A stretch of DNA of 54,409 bases from an uncultured Eubacteriales bacterium (GTDB taxonomy: Bacteria; Bacillota; Clostridia; Christensenellales; RUG350), in contig ONBF01000002.1 in NCBI GenBank assembly GCA_900315995.1, positions 1-54,409 of the forward strand, written 5' to 3'. Positions 48,443-54,409 of the stretch are shown here, in pieces (position 1 is the first letter of the stretch; each line of letters begins with the position of its first letter). The notes under the pieces were generated by a model, which saw nothing but the letters and a program-made list of their open reading frames with translations, did not search any database and was not told the origin of the DNA. The translations under genes and the position numbers were made by a program.

Positions 48443-48780
48443 TGACTGTGTTGTATATAATAATCGTTATCGTTATGACGGCGATAGGGTCTCTCGGGGC
48501 TATAAGTTTTAAGCGTACTACGATGTTGTCCGATAGGTTTGTCGGATACTTTAAGATAAAGTGGCTGTATATAGGAATTGCGTTATACGTTACGGCTTCG
48601 ATTTTCAATTTCTATATGCTTACCGTAATTGACTATTCGGTAATGCTGCCGCTTACGTCGGTTACTTACATATGGACGGCGACTTTCTCCAAAGTCTTAT
48701 ATAAAGAGATAATAAATTGGCAAAAAATCGTTGCGATAGGGCTTATAATTGCCGGAGCAATACTTATAGCGACTGCATAG
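48442..48780 (+). CDS. Small 4-TM EamA/SMR-like protein (second candidate flippase subunit)
   Basis: 112 aa, four helices ending 'KIVAIGLIIAGAILIA'. TAATG-coupled to the previous gene. Confidence 0.5.
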   Translation: MTVLYIIIVIVMTAIGSLGAISFKRTTMLSDRFVGYFKIKWLYIGIALYVTASIFNFYMLTVIDYSVMLPLTSVTYIWTATFSKVLYKEIINWQKIVAIGLIIAGAILIATA

Positions 48781-48789
48781 GAATAAAAA

Positions 48790-49599
48790 ATGAACGAATT
48801 TTTCGGAAAAATAATCGATACGCACGCACACATCTATCCCGAAAAGATTGCGTCAAAAGCGGTTGACGCAATAGGAAAGTTTTACAATATTCCGATGTGC
48901 GAAGACGGTATGGTGGAAACGCTTACAAGGCTCGGACGCGAGGCGGGCGTTTCACGCTTTGTCGTACACTCTTTGGCGACTACGCCTAAGCAGGTTGTTT
49001 CAATCAATAACTACATATACTCGGAGTGTCAAAAGGATCCGTCGCTTATAGGTTTTGCGACGTTACACCCGGGACTTAGTGAACGGGAGTTAAACGACGA
49101 AGTTGAAAGGGTTATCTCAATGGGTATGCAAGGTATCAAACTGCACCCTGATTTTCAAAAGTTTTTCGCAGACGATCCCGAAGTATTCAAAATGTACGAG
49201 GCGGTCGAAGGACGACTTCCGATATTATTTCACGCGGGCGACAACAGATATACTTTCTCGGCTCCCGAAAGGATAATCAATATTGCCAAAGAGTTTCCGT
49301 TACTCGATATAATAGCCGCGCACTTCGGCGCATACAGTTGCTGGGAGAGAAGTATATTCTATAAGGGACTTGACAACGTATATTTCGATACTTGCTCGAC
49401 GCTTGCTTTTTTGGACAAAGACAGAGCGGCATGGCTTATTAATTATCTTGGCGAAGACAGATTTATGTTTTCGACCGATTTCCCGATGTGGAAACCGAAA
49501 GAAGAGACAGAAAGGTTTCTTGCTCTTAAATTAACCGACGCGCAACGGGAAAAGATTCTTTATAAAAACGCCGAGCGTATAATCTTGAAGAAGCGATGA
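48790..49599 (+). CDS. Amidohydrolase-family TIM-barrel metal-dependent hydrolase
   Basis: 'IIDTHAHIYP', 'GIKLHPDFQ', 'ILFHAGD', 'FSTDFPM' motifs. Confidence 0.75.
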   Translation: MNEFFGKIIDTHAHIYPEKIASKAVDAIGKFYNIPMCEDGMVETLTRLGREAGVSRFVVHSLATTPKQVVSINNYIYSECQKDPSLIGFATLHPGLSERELNDEVERVISMGMQGIKLHPDFQKFFADDPEVFKMYEAVEGRLPILFHAGDNRYTFSAPERIINIAKEFPLLDIIAAHFGAYSCWERSIFYKGLDNVYFDTCSTLAFLDKDRAAWLINYLGEDRFMFSTDFPMWKPKEETERFLALKLTDAQREKILYKNAERIILKKR

Positions 49600-50378
49600 A
49601 AAAGAAACTTTTCGAGATTTTACTTGCAAGGGAACTTGCCCCGAACGAAACGGAGGCGCGCGCAATAATTATGAGCGGAAACGTATACGTTAAGGGGAAC
49701 AAGGTTGACAAAGCGGGAACGCTTTTCGACGAAGACGTACTCTTGGACGTAAAGCAAAAAGAACATCCGTACGTATCGCGCGGCGGGCTTAAAATGGAAG
49801 GCGCAGTCAAAGTTTTCGGGTTGGACGTGACGAATAAAAACTGTATAGACATAGGCTCGTCCACGGGCGGCTTTACGGACTGCCTTTTGAAAAACGGCGC
49901 GAAATCGGTAACCGCCGTGGACGTCGGCGTCGGGGAGCTTGCGTGGAAGTTAAGGCAGGATACTCGCGTGATTGTTATGGAAGGGACGAACGCAAGGTAT
50001 TTGACGCGGGATAATTTCGATAATTTATTTGACGTTGCAGTTACGGACGTATCGTTTATTTCGCTTAAACATATTTTGCCCGTTATGGCGGCGGTTACGA
50101 CGGACGAACCTATTATCGTATCGCTTATTAAACCGCAGTTCGAGTGTGAAAGAAGCGAAGTGCAAAGCGGCGGAATAATAACGGACGTAAACGTACATAA
50201 ATCCGTCGTTAATAAAGTTAAATTATACGCGCAAAACGTCGGGCTTTATATGTCCGATATCGCATATTCGCCGATTAAGGGAACGAAAGGCAATACGGAG
50301 TTTCTCGCGCGGTATGAAAAAAAATACGAAAAAGTTTTCGATGAACGTATCAATAATTTCATTGATATGTTAAAATAG
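49596..50378 (+). CDS. tlyA: TlyA family rRNA (cytidine-2'-O)-methyltransferase
   Basis: S4-like N-terminus. 'YVSRGGLKMEGA...F...V..K.CIDIGSSTGGFTDCLL.NGAKSV.AVDVG'. Confidence 0.85.
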   Translation: MKKKLFEILLARELAPNETEARAIIMSGNVYVKGNKVDKAGTLFDEDVLLDVKQKEHPYVSRGGLKMEGAVKVFGLDVTNKNCIDIGSSTGGFTDCLLKNGAKSVTAVDVGVGELAWKLRQDTRVIVMEGTNARYLTRDNFDNLFDVAVTDVSFISLKHILPVMAAVTTDEPIIVSLIKPQFECERSEVQSGGIITDVNVHKSVVNKVKLYAQNVGLYMSDIAYSPIKGTKGNTEFLARYEKKYEKVFDERINNFIDMLK

Positions 50379-50404
50379 TTAAAACACTCATTAAGGAGTT
50401 AATT

Positions 50405-50896
50405 ATGGAAAAAGTCAAAGCTATGATATTGAAGTTATTGCAAGACGACGCAAAATTGCCGATTGACAGCATTGCCGCCGCAGTCGGTAAGCCCGTTGCC
50501 GAAACTGAAAAACTCATTAAAGAACTCGAAACCGAAGGTATTATCGTCAAGTATTCGGCAATTATCAATACCAACAAACTAACCGACGACAGAGTTGACG
50601 CGCTGATAGAAGTCAAGGTTACGCCGCAACGCACAAAAGGCTTTGACAAACTTGCGCAGGAGATATACTGTTTCGACGAAGTAAAGAGCGTATACTTAAT
50701 GAGCGGCGCGTATGACCTTGCCGTATTCATAGAAGGCAAGTCGTTAAAAGAAGTCGCGATGTTCGTCAGTGAAAAATTGTCCACGATGGAATCGGTAATA
50801 GGTACGGCAACGCATTTTATTCTGAAAAAGTACAAACAAAACGGCGTATGTTTCGAAGACGTCGCGGAAGGTAAAAGGCTGGCGATTAATCCGTGA
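50405..50896 (+). CDS. Lrp/AsnC family transcriptional regulator
   Basis: HTH 'ILKLLQDDAKLPIDSIAAAVGKPVAETEKLIKELETEGII' plus a RAM-type C-domain. Confidence 0.85.
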   Translation: MEKVKAMILKLLQDDAKLPIDSIAAAVGKPVAETEKLIKELETEGIIVKYSAIINTNKLTDDRVDALIEVKVTPQRTKGFDKLAQEIYCFDEVKSVYLMSGAYDLAVFIEGKSLKEVAMFVSEKLSTMESVIGTATHFILKKYKQNGVCFEDVAEGKRLAINP

Positions 50897-52074
50897 GAAA
50901 CTTTATTTCCAAAAAAGCGGGAGAAATAAAACCTTCCGGCATACGAAAATTCTTCGATATAGTCAACGACACCAAAGGGGCGATTTCGTTAGGCGTGGGC
51001 GAGCCCGATTTTATCACACCATGGAATATTCGCGACGCGGCTATTACGTCCGTTAAACAAGGCTATACTCAATATACGTCGAATTGGGGACTTAAAGAAT
51101 TGCGCGCGGAAATTTCCGAATACGTCAAAAGTCGTTTCGATTTGAATTACGACGCGGACGGCGAAGTATTCGTTACGGTAGGCGCGAGCGAGGCAATAGA
51201 CGTCGCTTTGCGCGCGGTAACGGACGATGGTGACGAAGTGCTTATTCCCGATCCGAGTTACGTATCATATGCGCCGTGCGTTACGCTGTGCGGCGGAGTA
51301 CCCGTTTCCGTTCCGACGAGCGCGAAAGACGAATTCAAACTTTTACCCGAACAGATAGAGAGCGTAATAACTCCCAAGACCAAAGCAATAATATTTCCGT
51401 ATCCGAACAACCCGACCGGCGCGATAATGGAACGTGAGTATCTTATAAAGTTTGCGGAAGTCGTTAAAAAGCACGATTTGCTCGTTATAAGCGACGAGAT
51501 ATACGCGGAACTTACGTACGGTGATAAACACGTAAGCATTGCGTCTGTCGACGGTATGAAAGAGCGTACGATATACATAAACGGCTTTTCGAAAGCTTTT
51601 GCAATGACGGGCTGGCGAATCGGCTACGTTTGCGCCCCGCGTGAATTTTGTAAGGCAATGATTAAAGTGCATCAGTACGCTATAATGTGCGCTCCTACGT
51701 TCAGTCAGTACGCGGCACTTAACGCGCTGCGCAGCGGAAAAGAAGATAATTTTTCCACGGTCGCCGAAATGCGCGACGAGTATGACGTAAGGCGTAAGGT
51801 TTTGTTAAGCGGATTAAGGAAAGCGGGGCTTGTGTGTTTCGAGCCGAAAGGCGCGTTCTATATGTTCCCGTCCGTAAAACATCTCGGTATAGACGGCGAT
51901 ACTTTTGCGGAAAGGTTGTTGAAAGAAAAGAAAGTTGCGGTCGTTCCCGGCTCTGCGTTCGGGAATAGCGGCAAGTATCATTTCCGTTGCGCATACGCCG
52001 CAAGCCTGAAAAATATTCATAAAGCGATAGAGGCGATAACGGAACTTATTGCCGATATTAAATCGGGACGGTAA
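50893..52074 (+). CDS. Class I/II PLP-dependent aminotransferase (aspartate/aromatic type)
   Basis: GTG start overlapping the Lrp stop (GTGA). 'PSGIRKFFD', 'PNNPTG', 'SDEIY', 'NGFSKAFAMTGWRIGY' (Schiff-base Lys). Confidence 0.9.
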   Translation: MRNFISKKAGEIKPSGIRKFFDIVNDTKGAISLGVGEPDFITPWNIRDAAITSVKQGYTQYTSNWGLKELRAEISEYVKSRFDLNYDADGEVFVTVGASEAIDVALRAVTDDGDEVLIPDPSYVSYAPCVTLCGGVPVSVPTSAKDEFKLLPEQIESVITPKTKAIIFPYPNNPTGAIMEREYLIKFAEVVKKHDLLVISDEIYAELTYGDKHVSIASVDGMKERTIYINGFSKAFAMTGWRIGYVCAPREFCKAMIKVHQYAIMCAPTFSQYAALNALRSGKEDNFSTVAEMRDEYDVRRKVLLSGLRKAGLVCFEPKGAFYMFPSVKHLGIDGDTFAERLLKEKKVAVVPGSAFGNSGKYHFRCAYAASLKNIHKAIEAITELIADIKSGR

Positions 52075-52111
52075 CTTCGAAAAAAAATCAAGCAGTAGCG
52101 GTGAAAAAGAC

Positions 52112-52141
52112 TTGCATTATTTTTGATTGATATGGTATGAT
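52112..52141 (+). promoter_or_regulatory. Candidate sigma-A promoter with extended -10
   Basis: TTGCAT - 18 nt - 'TGg'TATGAT, about 55 nt upstream of the 52195 ATG. Confidence 0.45.
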
Positions 52142-52194
52142 ACAAAAGTTATTATGTATCTTAATAAAAATTTTTTACACAGGAGATTATTAAA

Positions 52195-54409
52195 ATGACG
52201 AAAAAGTTTCAGTTGAGCAAGTACATATCGGTATGTGTGCTGAGTTTTCTTTTGCTGATGGCAATGCAATTTGTGTGTTTTTCACGAACAGTTGCAAGAG
52301 CGGACGGAATCGGTGATATGGATACGGCATATCCGTATGATCAAGAATATTTCGATTTATTTACGGACAGCGATAATTTATATAATCCCGATAAAGATCA
52401 AAAAAACTTTGATATTTATAATTATATTGATTCGCTTTATAGAACGAAGATTTCGAGAATCGAAAAGATTCCCTGCGAAAATTCCTCTAAATATAAAAAC
52501 GGAAACAGCGGATATGCGGGAATTATTTGTACGGTTGACGGTGACGATCCGATTGTAAAAATTATTCCCAAAGAACTCTTTGCAAGAAGAGGGGTATATT
52601 TACATATAGGAAGAGAGTACGGTTTCTATGTAAATACGCAAAAATTAGAAGATAACTCCAATCAAAGTACGGTTTTCGTTTTTGATATTGAAAAGAAACT
52701 GCTCGATCCTGCGTATCCCAGTCAGTATATTATTGAAATTCGTCCGTTATTTCAATATAAATACTGTTTCTTGACTTCCGATTATGGGTTTGATGCTGAT
52801 GGAAAGTCATATAGTGAATTGTGTTATAAATTGAATTGTTCAATGAGTTCCGTTGTTGTGCCTAAGCCGGAAGTTAAAGTAGATAAAGGTTATAATACAA
52901 ATTATTCTTTTGAGGAAACAAAAGAATATTTTATCAAGGACGCGTCGTTCGGTTTGGCATTATTTAACGAGCAGGAACCGAATATCGACGATACCGGATA
53001 TGACAGAAAAAAAGATAACGGTTCCTTTATCACAGGTACAAAAATTAATTTTTCGGGAGTAAGCAATAAAAAGGTTTTGCTTAACGAAGTTTTACCGATT
53101 GTTAAGTTGGGGTTAGGGTTTATTCCTTATGTAGGGAATATAATATCGATAGGAGAAACCATTTATGAAGTTTCTCAAAATGCTTCAAAGGAATTCAGAG
53201 ATGAACTTGCTTACATAGATGATGATCGTTATAGTACAGAATATTTCAATTCACGAGATGAACAACTTGAATATTATTCAAATTTAACGAAAAGCGGCTT
53301 CGCATCTTTATCATCCAACGATACAATGCCGTTATTGATAGGCAGAACTACCGATAACGATTATGTTAAAGCGTCGTTTACACTCGGCATGACGGAAAAC
53401 TGGTATACTCGTGCGATTGATTCGATTAAATTGAGCATTGTTACGGAAAGTACGAAGTTGTCGGGAGTTTCCGAAATTACAAGCAGAATAACAGCGGAAA
53501 GAAGCACAAAAAATTATTTAAGAACCATTAATGAAAAAACGCTTTCGTTGGAAAACTCTCAATCGTTCAGTATGTTGGAAAACGGGTGCGCCGAATTTAC
53601 ATTTGATGCTAAATATGACAGTGATTATAACTTAAATATTTCAGATGCAAATCAAATGTCAATAAAGATTGACGGCGCGGAAACAAGTTTTTCCGATAAT
53701 AAAGCAACGAAATATCTTTCGGCAGGTAAACATATAATACGGATAGACGGGAAAAACAGCGATAAATTAACGTCTTACGTTAGTATAACCCCAAAAACCA
53801 TAAGCGGCAGTATTAATTCCAATAACGTTTTGACGATAAACAGTAACGGACGGTATTTATTAAAGATTAATTCTCTTGCGCATGTCAAGAGATTAACAAC
53901 CGGAAACAGCTCTGTTAAAATTGAAGCGATATATGGAGATAACCGAAATAGTTATAACAGTTACGGCGGAATAACTTCGGCATCCGAAATTACACATCCT
54001 TTTGTCCGCGGAGATTACTATGTAGTGCTTAATAATACATTGTCATATCAAAAAACAATTAATTTTTCAATCGGCGAGCCATTAACGCTTACGTCTTCGA
54101 GGACGGTAAATTCGAATAATTCCAACTATACTTTCGTTAAATTTACCGGAGATAACTCATATAGTCAATATGTTCTAACATTTTCGAATATGAAAGGACT
54201 TTCGGTCGTAATCTATAATGACGACGACTTGATTACCAATGCGGGAGGAAAATATTTCCCGGAGTTGTTTTATAAAATAACGTTAGATCCAAGGCAGACG
54301 ATTTATATAGGCATCAAAAACAGTTCAAGCACATCGAATACGTTAACAATAAGAAAAGAGAGCGCTGCGTATCAATGGAAAATTAAAAATGAGAAAAATG
54401 GCTCTACAA
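52195..54409 (+). CDS. Large secreted protein of unknown function, 3'-truncated by the window edge (at least 738 aa); not in the supplied ORF track
   Basis: I translated from the ATG at 52195 (AGGAGA SD 9 nt upstream) to nt 54409 and found no stop. N-terminus MTKKFQLSKYISVCVLSFLLLMAMQFVCFSRTVARADG is a signal peptide. The C-terminal part has repeated beta-sandwich-like modules of about 100 aa. Confidence 0.85.
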   Translation, partial: MTKKFQLSKYISVCVLSFLLLMAMQFVCFSRTVARADGIGDMDTAYPYDQEYFDLFTDSDNLYNPDKDQKNFDIYNYIDSLYRTKISRIEKIPCENSSKYKNGNSGYAGIICTVDGDDPIVKIIPKELFARRGVYLHIGREYGFYVNTQKLEDNSNQSTVFVFDIEKKLLDPAYPSQYIIEIRPLFQYKYCFLTSDYGFDADGKSYSELCYKLNCSMSSVVVPKPEVKVDKGYNTNYSFEETKEYFIKDASFGLALFNEQEPNIDDTGYDRKKDNGSFITGTKINFSGVSNKKVLLNEVLPIVKLGLGFIPYVGNIISIGETIYEVSQNASKEFRDELAYIDDDRYSTEYFNSRDEQLEYYSNLTKSGFASLSSNDTMPLLIGRTTDNDYVKASFTLGMTENWYTRAIDSIKLSIVTESTKLSGVSEITSRITAERSTKNYLRTINEKTLSLENSQSFSMLENGCAEFTFDAKYDSDYNLNISDANQMSIKIDGAETSFSDNKATKYLSAGKHIIRIDGKNSDKLTSYVSITPKTISGSINSNNVLTINSNGRYLLKINSLAHVKRLTTGNSSVKIEAIYGDNRNSYNSYGGITSASEITHPFVRGDYYVVLNNTLSYQKTINFSIGEPLTLTSSRTVNSNNSNYTFVKFTGDNSYSQYVLTFSNMKGLSVVIYNDDDLITNAGGKYFPELFYKITLDPRQTIYIGIKNSSSTSNTLTIRKESAAYQWKIKNEKNGST

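Noticed and set aside
52271-52558. A 95 aa plus-strand ORF, listed as the only ORF in the last 2.3 kb.
   Set aside because: It lies in a different frame inside the much longer open-ended ORF that starts at 52195 with a good SD and signal peptide. Its sequence (IIYIIPIKIKKTLIFIIILIRF) is low-complexity.

Overview
This 54.4 kb chromosomal window looks like it comes from a low-GC, spore-forming Firmicute of Clostridia type. That inference rests on spoVT, yabP and yabQ, Shine-Dalgarno (SD) usage, sigma-A-like promoters and standard stop codons. All calls come from reading the translations and DNA by eye. No database search was possible, and hand-counted hairpin and promoter coordinates may be off by 1-2 nt.

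Layout:
(1) nt 1-3442: an accessory array of tandemly repeated cassettes. Each roughly 860 bp unit holds an SD-less 70-76 aa ORF, a 185-190 aa ORF and a conserved GC hairpin. Two copies of a second family follow, one full length and one truncated. I read this as an orphan toxin-tip/immunity style array whose parent gene, if any, lies upstream of the window.
(2) nt 3.5-15.3 kb: housekeeping and sporulation genes (spoVT, two VanZ paralogs, yfcE-like, yabPQ, a large SH3b surface protein, tmcAL, pta-ackA, yceD-rpmF, rnc, a hydrolase and an SDR).
(3) Three tandem DegV paralogs.
(4) A guaB gene with an internal out-of-frame deletion. The deletion removes the catalytic flap and fuses the reading frame to the downstream DUF2156-like gene, producing the 747 aa track ORF.
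(5) The rpmH-rnpA-yidD-yidC-jag-mnmE block. rpmH is absent from the ORF track.
(6) A 16-gene, tightly coupled Wzx/Wzy-type polysaccharide operon (26.1-43.1 kb). It has 10 glycosyltransferases, pyruvyl and acetyl decoration genes, and an unusual initiating phosphoglycosyltransferase fused to a PEP/pyruvate-type TIM-barrel domain.
(7) An SSB-like gene and a NodB deacetylase on the minus strand.
(8) A module of FAD oxidoreductase, GT-C glycosyltransferase and two small 4-TM proteins.
(9) An amidohydrolase, tlyA and an Lrp-aminotransferase pair.
(10) A large secreted protein ORF (52195 to the window end) that the ORF track misses because it has no stop inside the window.

No rRNA, tRNA, CRISPR array, transposase or integrase was recognised.
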